From an uncultured Bdellovibrionales bacterium (GTDB taxonomy: Bacteria > Patescibacteriota > Minisyncoccia > Moranbacterales > UBA1568): a stretch of 64,000 nucleotides of DNA. Of the stretch, positions 9,731-18,484 are shown piece after piece (position 1 is the first letter of the stretch; each line of letters starts with the position of its first letter). The stretch lies in contig CAZGXN010000005.1 of the NCBI GenBank assembly GCA_964530135.1, positions 2,269 through 66,268 on the forward strand, in the 5' to 3' direction. A model generated the notes under the pieces. It did no database searches, was not told the DNA's origin, and saw only the letters and a program-made list of their open reading frames with translations. The translations under genes and the position numbers were made by a program.

Positions 9731-9991
9731 CTACTTTTTATACTTCGTGATCTGTACTAACCGCTTGTACGCAAACGCTTTTCCTGAACCTGTCTTCAAA
9801 TACTTCTCGAAGTCTTTTGCCAAGCGCTCCTCTTCGAAAGCTGAGTAATAGACCAGCCTCCAGGGTATGAATGGTTTTGTTGCCTTCGACTTTTCTCCAT
9901 TATGCTCCACCAAACGTTTCCGTAAATCTTTTGTAAATCCATAGTAGAAATCTTTAGATTTCGGACTGTACAAAATATATACGTAATACAT
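9731..9991 (-). CDS. GIY-YIG nuclease superfamily protein (small standalone)
   Basis: MYYVYILYSPKSKDFYYGFTKDLRKRLVEHN is the GIY-YIG motif region. The track ORF N-extension was trimmed. Confidence 0.7.
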   Translation of the reverse strand: MYYVYILYSPKSKDFYYGFTKDLRKRLVEHNGEKSKATKPFIPWRLVYYSAFEEERLAKDFEKYLKTGSGKAFAYKRLVQITKYKK

Positions 9992-10170
9992 AGCCTGGCG
10001 AAGCAGTTCTGAAGCCTTGGCGAAAGACTGCAGGAGCGGCAGGAATCCTCTTCCTCCGTCGCTCGCGGTCGCGAGTGCGACAACGCTCGCTTCCTCCTCC
10101 AGAGCCTGGGTCAACTGAAAAGCCAAGCAGTTGGCTTTTCATCTGTACCCTCCGATTCCACATCACTCTT

Positions 10171-10213
10171 GCAAAGAAATCCCGCCCCGCTTCAGCGGGA
10201 CGCTATTTCTTTG
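10171..10213 (-). terminator. long hairpin (GCAAAGAAAT...ATTTCTTTGC with inner CCCGC-TTCA-GCGGG) immediately 3' of tRNA-Trp
   Basis: 10-bp outer plus 5-bp inner inverted repeat. No clear U-tract, so it may be a processing or terminator structure. Confidence 0.35.
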
Positions 10214-10284
10214 CAGGGGCGGCAGGAATCGGACCCGCGCTAAAGGTTTTGGAGACCTTTGTACTACCATTATACGACGCCCCT
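10214..10284 (-). tRNA. tRNA-Trp (anticodon CCA)
   Basis: Hand fold: acceptor AGGGGCG/CGCCCCT, anticodon stem AAGGT/ACCTT with loop CTCCAAA, T-loop TCCGATT. Sits in the canonical position after rpmG. Confidence 0.72.
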
Positions 10285-10338
10285 CTCTGCGCAACACAAG
10301 TGTTACACCAGTAAGTATACACGCTCGGACAACATCGA

Positions 10339-10479
10339 TTATTTCGACTCGTTGTGTACGGTATTCTTACGACAAAAGCGGCAATACTTCGAAAGTGAAA
10401 GTTTCTCCTTCACCTTCTTCTTATTACGCGAAGTTTCACGAGAAACGCGTTGACATTCGCTGCATTTCAATTTAGCCAT
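10339..10479 (-). CDS. rpmG: 50S ribosomal protein L33 (46 aa, not in ORF track)
   Basis: Manual translation gives MAKLKCSECQRVSRETSRNKKKVKEKLSLSKYCRFCRKNTVHNESK, an L33 zinc-ribbon with CxxC...CxxC. Confidence 0.85.
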   Translation of the reverse strand: MAKLKCSECQRVSRETSRNKKKVKEKLSLSKYCRFCRKNTVHNESK

Positions 10480-10603
10480 GTTTTCCTTGATCTTGCCCAT
10501 AGGTGTGACGCGGTTACTTCAAAATAATGGTTGCACTGTACGCGAAAAAACTGTCTTCGTCAATCTCCTTAAAAATTTTCTCTTTTCTTTCACCCCTCCC
10601 TTG

Positions 10604-10676
10604 AGCCGTTGACCGGATTTGAACCGGTGACCTACGCCTTACCATGGCGTTGCTCTACCAACTGAGCTACAACGGC
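10604..10676 (-). tRNA. tRNA-Thr (anticodon GGT)
   Basis: GCCGTTGTAGCTCAGTTGGTAGAGCAACGCCATGGTAAGGCGTAGGTCACCGGTTCAAATCCGGTCAACGGCT. Canonical cloverleaf with anticodon loop ATGGTAA. Confidence 0.8.
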
Positions 10677-10815
10677 TTTTTGAGTATATCAACGGATTCC
10701 GTTACGAATATTTTCCTGATATCTGATTACCCAGTAAAAAAGGAATATTCAGAGAGACTCCTCACTCCCCTCATAAAATCAAACCAATACTCCGAAAGTA
10801 TCATCTTGATTTTTG

Positions 10816-10898
10816 TGGGTAGGGAGGGATTCGAACCCCCGAAGCCCGAAGGCGACAGATTTACAGTCTGTTGTGATAGACCACTCCACCACCTACCC
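10816..10898 (-). tRNA. tRNA-Tyr (anticodon GTA) with long variable arm
   Basis: GGGTAGGTGGTGGAGTGGTC...ACAGACTGTAAATCTGT...GGGGGTTCGAATCCCTCCCTACCCA. Long extra arm as in bacterial tRNA-Tyr. Confidence 0.8.
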
Positions 10899-10952
10899 GC
10901 TGAAACAAATTGTTGTCAATTGTTACCACACACGGTCTCTCATTCTCCAGTG

Positions 10953-11025
10953 AGCCTGAGGTCGGGCTTGAACCGACGACCCACGGTTTACAAAACCGTT
11001 GCTCTACCAACTGAGCTACTCAGGC
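10953..11025 (-). tRNA. tRNA-Thr (anticodon TGT)
   Basis: GCCTGAGTAGCTCAGTTGGTAGAGCAACGGTTTTGTAAACCGTGGGTCGTCGGTTCAAGCCCGACCTCAGGCT. Confidence 0.8.
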
Positions 11026-11228
11026 CAAATTGTCTACCGCAGAGCCTGGCTCTTCTCGCTCCCAAACAAAACCCTCCCCACTCAGGGAAACTACTCTTCT
11101 AGCTTGAGTCTGCTGTACTCGTGCACATCTTTCAGACAGCCTTCCTAGCTTAGCCAAAAATTCACGATTCATCAACTCGCACACCCCTCCGCACAAAAAT
11201 ATGTGGTAGAGGCTATCCCACTATACAT

Positions 11229-12029
11229 TCAACCACGAGACCGCTCCTTTTGGACGAGCAAACGCTCCAATCGCCGAACTTTCTCCTTGACCTCACGGTT
11301 CAGAGGCGAGAGCTTGATGACTTGACGATAGCAGGCCTTGGCATCCGAAAGATTACTCTGCTCCATATAGAAATCTCCCAACTCTTCGTATGCAGGCGCA
11401 TCTTTTGGATTGCGAGCAATTCGATCAATGAGCTCTTCTTCGGAGAGACGGCGTGCTCCAGCAGACGGAGATTGACGACGACGGAACACTGGCGTCCCAC
11501 CATCGTCTTTTAACCGGAGCGAGTCACTCAATCTTTTTCTCACTTCACGGATTCGGACAGTCTTTTCATTGGCTGGAGAGGTGGCTGATTCGGACGGATG
11601 ATGCTGGACAACCTCTCTGTCTGTATGTGCAGCAATCGGCAGCACAGCCTCAGTTGGTGCCAAAGTCCCCGTTTCGTCTTTGCCATGCCGCCGTTGCCAA
11701 CGATCCCAAAATCGGCTTTTTTCAGCGGCTGCCGAAGCTGCCTCATGTGCCTGACGCATCTTCTCACGTCGCTCACGGAGCGCTCCTGAGAACCGGTTAA
11801 AGCGATTATGAATCTTGAGCGAGAGAAGATTGAGACGCTTCGTTAATTTTTCGAGTACCCGAATACCGGTTTCTTCTTTGATAAAGAGGATGCGCCGAGG
11901 TGGCGGAACGAGTTCGCCATCTGCCATTCTCCCAAGCACGGCTGGGTCTGTGGATTTCTTAGAAAGAAACCAGAACAAGAGCGCGAGGCTCAGAATAAAT
12001 ATGAGGGGTGGGATAACGAGATACCACAT
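11229..12029 (-). CDS. membrane-anchored protein with a C-terminal TPR-like repeat
   Basis: N-terminal TM segment IPPLIFILSLALLFWFL. C-terminal DAPAYEELGDFYMEQSNLSDAKACYRQVIKLSP looks TPR-like. Confidence 0.45.
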   Translation of the reverse strand: MWYLVIPPLIFILSLALLFWFLSKKSTDPAVLGRMADGELVPPPRRILFIKEETGIRVLEKLTKRLNLLSLKIHNRFNRFSGALRERREKMRQAHEAASAAAEKSRFWDRWQRRHGKDETGTLAPTEAVLPIAAHTDREVVQHHPSESATSPANEKTVRIREVRKRLSDSLRLKDDGGTPVFRRRQSPSAGARRLSEEELIDRIARNPKDAPAYEELGDFYMEQSNLSDAKACYRQVIKLSPLNREVKEKVRRLERLLVQKERSRG

Positions 12030-12062
12030 GATCGTAAGAGCATTGGCCTGCGTGAGCAGGGG

Positions 12063-12647
12063 TTAGATTTCAAACCGAGTGAAGCTACCAACCTGGATAT
12101 TCTCTCCGATACGATGAATGTTCTCCGTAATAAGCGCCTGCACCGTCTTGGTCGGGTCTTTCACAAACGGCTGCGTGAGCAATGCCAGTTCCTCACGAAA
12201 CTTCTTCTCTTTACCAGCGACAATTTTCTGAGCGATATCCACCGGCTTCCCCTCGTTTCTTGCTTGCTCCTCCCAAATCCGGCGTTCATTTTCCACTAAT
12301 TCAGCCGGGACATCCTCCGGCCGGATATATCGCGGTGCCATAGCCGTGATGTGCAAGGCGAGATCATGGGCCAAAGCCCGAAACTCATCATTCCGACTGA
12401 CAAAATCCGTCTCTGAGAGAAGTGTCAGGAGTGTACCCACTCGATTGTTTGCATGGATATACGAGACGATAATCCCTTCACTCGCCGTCCGATCAGTCTT
12501 CTTCAGCGCTTTGACTTCGCCACGCTTCTTGAGGATCTCAATCGCCCGAGTTTCATCACCCTGTGCTTCATCCAAGGCTTTTTTAACTTCAACAATCCCA
12601 CCGCCAGTCTTGGCGCGTAATGCTTTCACTTGTTCCATGCTGCTCAT
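12063..12647 (-). CDS. tsf: elongation factor Ts (short form)
   Basis: MSSMEQVKALRAKTGGGIVEVKKALDEAQGDETRAIEILKKRG is the EF-Ts UBA-like N-terminus. Sits downstream of rpsB. Confidence 0.9.
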   Translation of the reverse strand: MSSMEQVKALRAKTGGGIVEVKKALDEAQGDETRAIEILKKRGEVKALKKTDRTASEGIIVSYIHANNRVGTLLTLLSETDFVSRNDEFRALAHDLALHITAMAPRYIRPEDVPAELVENERRIWEEQARNEGKPVDIAQKIVAGKEKKFREELALLTQPFVKDPTKTVQALITENIHRIGENIQVGSFTRFEI

Positions 12648-12691
12648 AAGGCGTTTTTTTTATTCTAGAAGAAAACAAGGAAATCCGAAAA

Positions 12692-13534
12692 TTAAGCTTT
12701 CTGTTCCACCGGCATCACCGGTTTCACCGTCCCACTCGCCGCTTTCTCAGAGGCCGCTGCAGCCTTCTGTGCGATCCCTCGTTCTACTGCCCGTCCAAGG
12801 AGGCCGAGAAGGAGACGAAGTGAAGAAAGCGCGTCATCATTTCCTGGAATCGGATAGTCAATCGCACTCGGATTGGCATTGGTATCAACAAGAGCAACCA
12901 GCGGGACACCCAGGTGCTCAGCCTCCTTGATGACCAGACCAGCTTCTTTCGCATCCGCAATAACGATTGCACCCGGAAGCTCTTGCATATTTCGAAGACC
13001 GCCAACTTTATGCTCTAATTTTTCGAGCTCTTCACTCTTGCGCTGTTGTTCAAATTTGGTGTATTTCTTGAATTCACCTGCTTCCACCTGCACCTCACTC
13101 TCAACGAGATACTTCGCTCGCCCGCGAATCTGGGAAAAATTTGTCAGCGTCCCGCCAAGCCAGCGATCAATGACATAGGGCATGCCGAGGCGTTGGGCGA
13201 GAGACTTTACGGCATCATGTGTCTGTTTCTTGACACCGACAAAAAGCACTGGTTTACCACTCTTGGCAACACTCGTGAGAAACTCTGAGGCCTGGTCAAG
13301 ACACTCCTTTGTCTTTTCCAAATTCAAAATATTGATATTCTTCCGCGTGGTAAAAATGTATTTTTCCATGCGCGGATGACGCCGGCTCTTGATATGGCCA
13401 AAATGCACTCCTGCCTTGAGCAATGACTCGAGAGAATCATCAATTCGGCTGAAATCAAACCCTGCGAAATACTCCGCTGCACCCTCGACCATGGGGGATG
13501 CTTCGGCCTGAGGAACCACTCTTTCTTCTGACAT
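12692..13534 (-). CDS. rpsB: 30S ribosomal protein S2
   Basis: LLKAGVHFGHIKSRRHPRMEKYIF S2 signature, with a C-terminal extension. Confidence 0.95.
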   Translation of the reverse strand: MSEERVVPQAEASPMVEGAAEYFAGFDFSRIDDSLESLLKAGVHFGHIKSRRHPRMEKYIFTTRKNINILNLEKTKECLDQASEFLTSVAKSGKPVLFVGVKKQTHDAVKSLAQRLGMPYVIDRWLGGTLTNFSQIRGRAKYLVESEVQVEAGEFKKYTKFEQQRKSEELEKLEHKVGGLRNMQELPGAIVIADAKEAGLVIKEAEHLGVPLVALVDTNANPSAIDYPIPGNDDALSSLRLLLGLLGRAVERGIAQKAAAASEKAASGTVKPVMPVEQKA

Positions 13535-13829
13535 ACTGCTTTATCCTTAAATTATTTACCTCTATCCTCAGGAATGACTCGCCCGAGATTCTTCTCGCAT
13601 GCCCACCGCTTGCCTGATGTCTGGAAAAAGTCCAGTAAAGAGCAAGAGTAAGCCGAGCGAGAAAAACAGGATGGGGCGCTCTGACGGATATGTGTGATCT
13701 GTACACTCGCCTCGATTTCCCAATCAGAGGCGGTAACAAAGCGCTCCTAGAATACGCGAGTGCATGAGACTTGTCAATTTCGGGGCAGCATGGTAGACTC
13801 GTCTATACATATTTCACTGTACGATCACT

Positions 13830-14183
13830 ATGAAAACTGATATTCACCCAACCTACTACAGTAAGGTCCCCGTCACCTGTGTCTGTGGCGCGGCGTTTAC
13901 CACCGGCTCAACCGTTGAGGCGATCCATACAGAAATTTGCTCACAATGCCATCCGTTTTACACTGGCAAAAAGAAATTCGTCGATGCTGGTGGCCGAGTT
14001 GATCGCTTCAAGAAGCTCGCTGAGCGTGCCGAAAAGACCAAAGCAACGAAAACAGCTGTTGCCGCAAAACGGGCAAAAAAAGTAGCCGCTGAAGAAAAGG
14101 CTATGGCTAAAGCTGAAAAAGAGACTCAGGCGGCCGAAGCTGTCCGTGTCGCAAAAATTGAAAAGGCTAAAAAGTCCGCTTAG
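13830..14183 (+). CDS. rpmE: 50S ribosomal protein L31 with Lys/Ala-rich C-terminal extension
   Basis: [27 protein letters not shown]...[11 protein letters not shown] is the L31 core (~70 aa), followed by a ~45-aa AKKAAK-type tail. Confidence 0.9.
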   Translation: MKTDIHPTYYSKVPVTCVCGAAFTTGSTVEAIHTEICSQCHPFYTGKKKFVDAGGRVDRFKKLAERAEKTKATKTAVAAKRAKKVAAEEKAMAKAEKETQAAEAVRVAKIEKAKKSA

Positions 14184-14196
14184 CTCGTGTATGCTC

Positions 14197-14227
14197 AAAA
14201 ACAACCTTGTTCCGGTTGTTTTTTGTT
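14197..14227 (+). terminator. rho-independent terminator after rpmE (AAAAACAACC-loop-GGTTGTTTTT TGTTT)
   Basis: 10-bp inverted repeat followed by a T-rich tract. Confidence 0.5.
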
Positions 14228-14449
14228 TGCGAGGGAACCAGAAAGGGGTTAGGCTACACAGAGCAGTTCCCCTAAAAATGAATGTCCAGTCTGACTAGTG
14301 AATTTACATCATATCCATCAGTATCTCCTGCCTCAGCCGATGAAGCAGTCGGACTGAGAGATGGGTGAATTCGGAACACATCCCTCAACGAACGAATGGA
14401 CAATCAGTCTTGAGTTCAATCATAATATAGGCTTATATAAGCCACAAAT

Positions 14450-15538
14450 ATGAAGGATTTGATAGCGAAAATTGAAGCTGAAGTGAAACAGGTTGAGGCG
14501 GAATTGTCATCCTCAGCTGTTTTGAACGCGCCCGAAAAACTGATGACTTTGGGCCGACGTAAAGCTGAGCTTGAAGCAATCATGGAACACATCAACCGGC
14601 TCAAGAGAATCGAGAAAAGCCTCCGTGAAAACGCCGAAATTACGCAGACGGAATCCGATGCGGAACTTAAAGCCATGGCCCTTGAGGAAAATATTACTTT
14701 GGCCGCAGAAAAAGATACCCTTGAAACTGAGTTGAAACGCCTCCTCCTGCCAAAGGATAAGAATGATACTAAAGATATCATCGTCGAAATCCGCGCGGGC
14801 GCAGGTGGTGATGAAGCGAGCCTTTTCGCGGCCGAGCTCTTCCGTATGTACGCCCGATACGCCGAGACGATGGGCTGGCAGACGACACTCCTCGACAGTC
14901 ATGCGAGCGAAGTGGGCGGCTACAAAGAAGTTACCTTCGAGGTCAACCGCGGGCGGAGTGAGACTTCGGTATATCAGAAATTCAAGTATGAGTCCGGCGT
15001 CCACCGTGTCCAACGCATCCCCGAAACAGAAAAGATGGGCCGCGTCCATACTTCGACCGTAACCGTCGCCGTTCTCCCTCAGGTCGACGATATCGAGATC
15101 GTCGTCCGGCCGGAGGATCTCCGCATCGATACCTTTTGTTCGTCTGGTCCCGGCGGCCAGTCGGTCAATACCACCTACTCAGCCGTACGCATCACTCACC
15201 TCCCGACCAATCTCGTCGTCTCCTGCCAAGACGAAAAATCCCAGATCAAAAACCGTGAAAAAGCCATGAAAGTTCTCCGCGCCCGTCTTTGGGAACAAGA
15301 AGAAGAACGGCAGCGCAAAGAACAGGGTGATGCGCGCAAGGATCAGATCGGCACTGGCGACCGGAGCGAAAAGATTCGCACCTACAATTTCCCCCAGGAC
15401 CGCATCACCGACCACCGCATTAAGGAGAGCTGGAGCAATATCCCTGGCATCCTCGCCGGCGGCCTCGGACCCATCCTCGACTTGCTCGAGACTGAGGATA
15501 TGCGCCTCAAGCTCGAAGCCGAAGGGAGGAAAGTGTAA
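14450..15538 (+). CDS. prfA: peptide chain release factor 1
   Basis: GGQ motif ([10 protein letters not shown]) and PET tripeptide (PxT, RF1-type) in [17 protein letters not shown]. Confidence 0.93.
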   Translation: MKDLIAKIEAEVKQVEAELSSSAVLNAPEKLMTLGRRKAELEAIMEHINRLKRIEKSLRENAEITQTESDAELKAMALEENITLAAEKDTLETELKRLLLPKDKNDTKDIIVEIRAGAGGDEASLFAAELFRMYARYAETMGWQTTLLDSHASEVGGYKEVTFEVNRGRSETSVYQKFKYESGVHRVQRIPETEKMGRVHTSTVTVAVLPQVDDIEIVVRPEDLRIDTFCSSGPGGQSVNTTYSAVRITHLPTNLVVSCQDEKSQIKNREKAMKVLRARLWEQEEERQRKEQGDARKDQIGTGDRSEKIRTYNFPQDRITDHRIKESWSNIPGILAGGLGPILDLLETEDMRLKLEAEGRKV

Positions 15539-15569
15539 AAAAAAATCAATTGTTCATCTAAAAATGATT

Positions 15570-15601
15570 CAAGGCAGCTCGCGTAATACGCAAACTGCCT
15601 T
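15570..15601. terminator. hairpin CAAGGCAG...CTGCCTTG between convergent prfA and the membrane-protein gene
   Basis: 8-bp inverted repeat with A-run before and GA-rich after. Candidate bidirectional terminator. Confidence 0.4.
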
Positions 15602-15661
15602 GAGAAACACCGACGCAGAGGGTTAGTCCGCCCCACACTTCTTGTTGCCCAATGAATGGAA

Positions 15662-16063
15662 TTAATCGAAGAATTCCCAAATGTTGTCGGCCGGCTTGTT
15701 CCAGCCAATAACCTTAAAGAAGGGCACCGTGAGTAGGAGCAACATGGGGATGAAGCCAATGAAGAGTATGAGGAGCATCACGCCACTGACGAGAGTGAAG
15801 ATGAAGTACCCCAATCGGCCAGACTCCACAGCGGCGGAGTAATACACACTCACCATGTTCCAGCTAGTGGACGGGAGCATAAGGAGCGCCCACACCCCAG
15901 CGAACAACGTAGTGCCGAGTACCACTGCGATGGAACTACGGAGTAACAGGAAGAGGACGCGTTTAATCATGACATTCTCCGGGTGAAACCGCTGAGCGGC
16001 AATGTTGAAGAAATTGGGAACGAACAACGGCATTATAGTAGCATAAAATTTAAATTTAGTCAA
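15662..16063 (-). CDS. small multi-pass membrane protein, hypothetical
   Basis: Three or four hydrophobic helices. No recognisable family. Confidence 0.35.
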   Translation of the reverse strand: MTKFKFYATIMPLFVPNFFNIAAQRFHPENVMIKRVLFLLLRSSIAVVLGTTLFAGVWALLMLPSTSWNMVSVYYSAAVESGRLGYFIFTLVSGVMLLILFIGFIPMLLLLTVPFFKVIGWNKPADNIWEFFD

Positions 16064-16095
16064 TAGAGAGAAAGGGTTTTAAATAAGCCACCAAT

Positions 16096-16989
16096 ATGAT
16101 GCCGGATTTGACCATCACTGAAGCTCTCAATCTCTCCCCCACTCTCCCACGACTCGATCGGGAGGTTTTGCTTTCCCATGTGATCGGGCAGGATCGGGTC
16201 TTTCTCATGGCGCACGGCGAAACCGAATTGACGCCAGCCCAATTGAAACGCTATCGAACCTTGCTCACACGCGCGACGAAGCACGAACCGATTGCATATA
16301 TCGTCGGCGAAAAAGAATTCTATGGCCGAAAATTTTTTGTTGGACCAGGCGTGCTCATTCCTCGTCCCGAGACCGAACTCCTCGTTGAGAGCACAAGAAA
16401 AAAGATTTTAACCGCTGCATACAAGAAAAAAAAGATTGCAATCGTTGATGTCGGCACCGGTAGCAGCGCGATCATCACGAGTATTTTTCTTTCGCTGAAT
16501 TCAGCGTGGCAAAAGAATATTTCCTGGTTCGCGGTCGACAGCGAAGCTGCCGCGCTTCGCTACGCCCGAAAAAATGCGCGACATCACCATGTGGACAAGG
16601 TTCGATTCATAGAGAGTGATCTCCTCACCAAACTCTCCAAGAGACTTTCCCGCTACGATGAAGTCTTCGCGATTGCCAACCTACCCTATCTTTCGCACGC
16701 TCTGTACCAAACCACCGCGCCAAATGTACAGCACTACGAACCGAAAAATGCCCTCGTTAGTGGCGAAGATGGCCTAGACCACTATCGCCGGCTCCTGGAA
16801 GAACTCCGAACACTTAGCCAGGCCGGCGTAAAAGTCAATTTTTCCTTTGAAGTAAGCCCTGAACAAGCTAGAAAGTTACCCTCCCTCTTCAAGGATATAT
16901 ATACTCTCTCCACACTCGAAATCCTACCCGATCTCGCCCAAAAGATGCGCGTCGTGATGGGCACTCTCGACCCGAAACAGACGGCTTGA
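16096..16989 (+). CDS. prmC: release-factor glutamine N5-methyltransferase (PrmC/HemK family)
   Basis: SAM-binding VDVGTGSSAI and NLPY (NPPY-type) motif. Sits next to prfA. Confidence 0.8.
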   Translation: MMPDLTITEALNLSPTLPRLDREVLLSHVIGQDRVFLMAHGETELTPAQLKRYRTLLTRATKHEPIAYIVGEKEFYGRKFFVGPGVLIPRPETELLVESTRKKILTAAYKKKKIAIVDVGTGSSAIITSIFLSLNSAWQKNISWFAVDSEAAALRYARKNARHHHVDKVRFIESDLLTKLSKRLSRYDEVFAIANLPYLSHALYQTTAPNVQHYEPKNALVSGEDGLDHYRRLLEELRTLSQAGVKVNFSFEVSPEQARKLPSLFKDIYTLSTLEILPDLAQKMRVVMGTLDPKQTA

Positions 16990-17043
16990 ATGAAAAACAA
17001 AACCCCCGCTTTAGCGGGGATTCTGTAAGAATACGCGAACTAA

Positions 17044-17136
17044 TTAGGCGCGACGCTTCGCGGACTTCTTAGCGGCCTTCTTCTTGGTCACCTTCTTTGC
17101 TACTTTCTTCTTCTTGGCTACTTTCTTTTTTGCCAT
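17044..17136 (-). CDS. 30-aa lysine-rich micro-protein (MAKKKVAKKKKVAKKVTKKKAAKKSAKRRA)
   Basis: Not in the ORF track (<60 aa). ATG preceded at 8 nt by GGAAGGAGGTGA, a near-perfect Shine-Dalgarno. Confidence 0.4.
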   Translation of the reverse strand: MAKKKVAKKKKVAKKVTKKKAAKKSAKRRA

Positions 17137-17213
17137 ATCAGGTCACCTCCTTCCAAAATTTTGTTTTCGCTTCCGTATGTTTACGGTTACGATGTTATTT
17201 TTCTTATTTGTTT

Positions 17214-17254
17214 GTGAAACAATTTTGTTTCACGCCCGTGTGAAGTTTCTCACA
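17214..17254. promoter_or_regulatory. two adjacent palindromes: GTGAAACAA-TT-TTGTTTCAC, and a CRP/FNR-type TGTGA-N6-TCACA (17239-17254)
   Basis: Perfect 9-bp inverted repeat, then an exact match to the CRP/FNR-family half-site arrangement. Both lie in a 680-bp ORF-free AT-rich region. Confidence 0.4.
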
Positions 17255-17683
17255 CGCTTATAGTATACTCCGTTCAAAAATTTTGCATAGAGTATTTGTC
17301 AAGAGTGTTACATCAATTTTTCATTCTCTCATCTCGTTCACAAAAAAATAGCGTGTACAGATTGAAGAATGCATAGCGCGTACTCAAAAATAAATACTTG
17401 CTTTCACTTTAATTATTTCTCCGGAGAGTACACTCATCACTCATAGAAACTATATAAAATTTTTCTTTTTCATTTCACTGAGAAAAATTCCGGATGTTTT
17501 CAACCCTCAACAACGCTGTGCGATAAAGAGTCAAGCAGATACCAACTGATTATCAATATAAACACCGTGAACAGAAACTTCCTTCTCGCTTCTCTCTCGT
17601 GCACGCCATTTCCCCTTGATAATGCTCAACAAATAGGTAATTTTCAGGCTTCATTAAGCTGAAAAGTGCTCTGTTTGTCTAGG

Positions 17684-17712
17684 TTGACACTCAACTTTTT
17701 CGACCGTACTAT
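17684..17712 (+). promoter_or_regulatory. near-consensus sigma70 promoter TTGACA-17-TACTAT followed by a structured ~100-nt leader
   Basis: Exact -35 hexamer with 17-nt spacer. The leader contains hairpin GTCCTTTT-CAGCCG-AAAAGGAC before the RBS of the 17821 ORF. Confidence 0.5.
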
Positions 17713-17820
17713 GAGGGAGGAAACGGGCGAATGAGGTCCTTTTCAGCCGAAAAGGACTCCCGTTGGGGCTTCAACGCAAGCAGCACATTCACAAGATAAT
17801 CTGTAAAGCTAGGAAGAGAG

Positions 17821-18411
17821 GTGACTCTTATGGATGAAAACATGAATTTGAACGACGAAGAGCGTGTCACTGATCAAGCGAAGGCTTGGCTTCAGGAAAA
17901 CCTGCGTGTTATTGTAAGCTTCTTCATTGTCGCCGCGATTGCGCTCGGGATTTACTCCTATTCGCAACGCGCCGATGAGACTGTTGATACTTCCGATACT
18001 CTCACTGCAAGCGAATCCAAAACAGCGGATTTGAACAAGGCAGCGGATGGAAAGGAAACGAATGATCAGTCAAAGGTTACAACCGAATCGAAAGAACTCA
18101 GCCAGGAAACCGAAGGATCGTTTATCGAAAGTGCCGCGAAAGGCGAAGGAACTACTCATCTCGCCCGCCGGGCCCTTATGAACTATCTCGAAAAAACTCC
18201 CGACTCATCACTCTCGGGTGAACACAAGGTCTATATCGAAGATTATCTTCGGAAACAACTCCGAGAACGTGGCCCAATTACAGTCGGCCACTCCGCGGAA
18301 TTTTCCAAGGATCTGATCCGTCAAGCTATCACTCAGTCAAAGCAGTTGAACGAAAAGCAGCTCAAGAATCTCAAGCAGTACTCGAATCGCGTCGCTGCCT
18401 ACCGATCGTAA
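17821..18411 (+). CDS. hypothetical single-pass membrane protein with acidic/Ser-Thr-rich extracytoplasmic region
   Basis: TM segment VIVSFFIVAAIALGIYSY. SD-like GAGAGGTG upstream. Confidence 0.45.
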   Translation: MTLMDENMNLNDEERVTDQAKAWLQENLRVIVSFFIVAAIALGIYSYSQRADETVDTSDTLTASESKTADLNKAADGKETNDQSKVTTESKELSQETEGSFIESAAKGEGTTHLARRALMNYLEKTPDSSLSGEHKVYIEDYLRKQLRERGPITVGHSAEFSKDLIRQAITQSKQLNEKQLKNLKQYSNRVAAYRS

Positions 18412-18455
18412 GCATCGCGCCACAGCTTTCCCTGTCCTTTATCTGCAATTGCACC

Positions 18456-18478
18456 AAAACCCCGGACCCCGGGGTTTT
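18456..18478. terminator. bidirectional rho-independent terminator AAAACCCCGG-ACC-CCGGGGTTTT
   Basis: Perfect GC stem flanked by A-run and T-run, between convergent genes. Confidence 0.6.
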
Positions 18479-18484
18479 GGCTTT

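Noticed and set aside
10259-10453. Plus-strand 64-aa ORF in the tRNA cluster
   Set aside because: It lies entirely antisense to the manually identified rpmG (L33) gene, which has a clear zinc-ribbon signature. The plus-strand frame has biased, non-protein-like composition.
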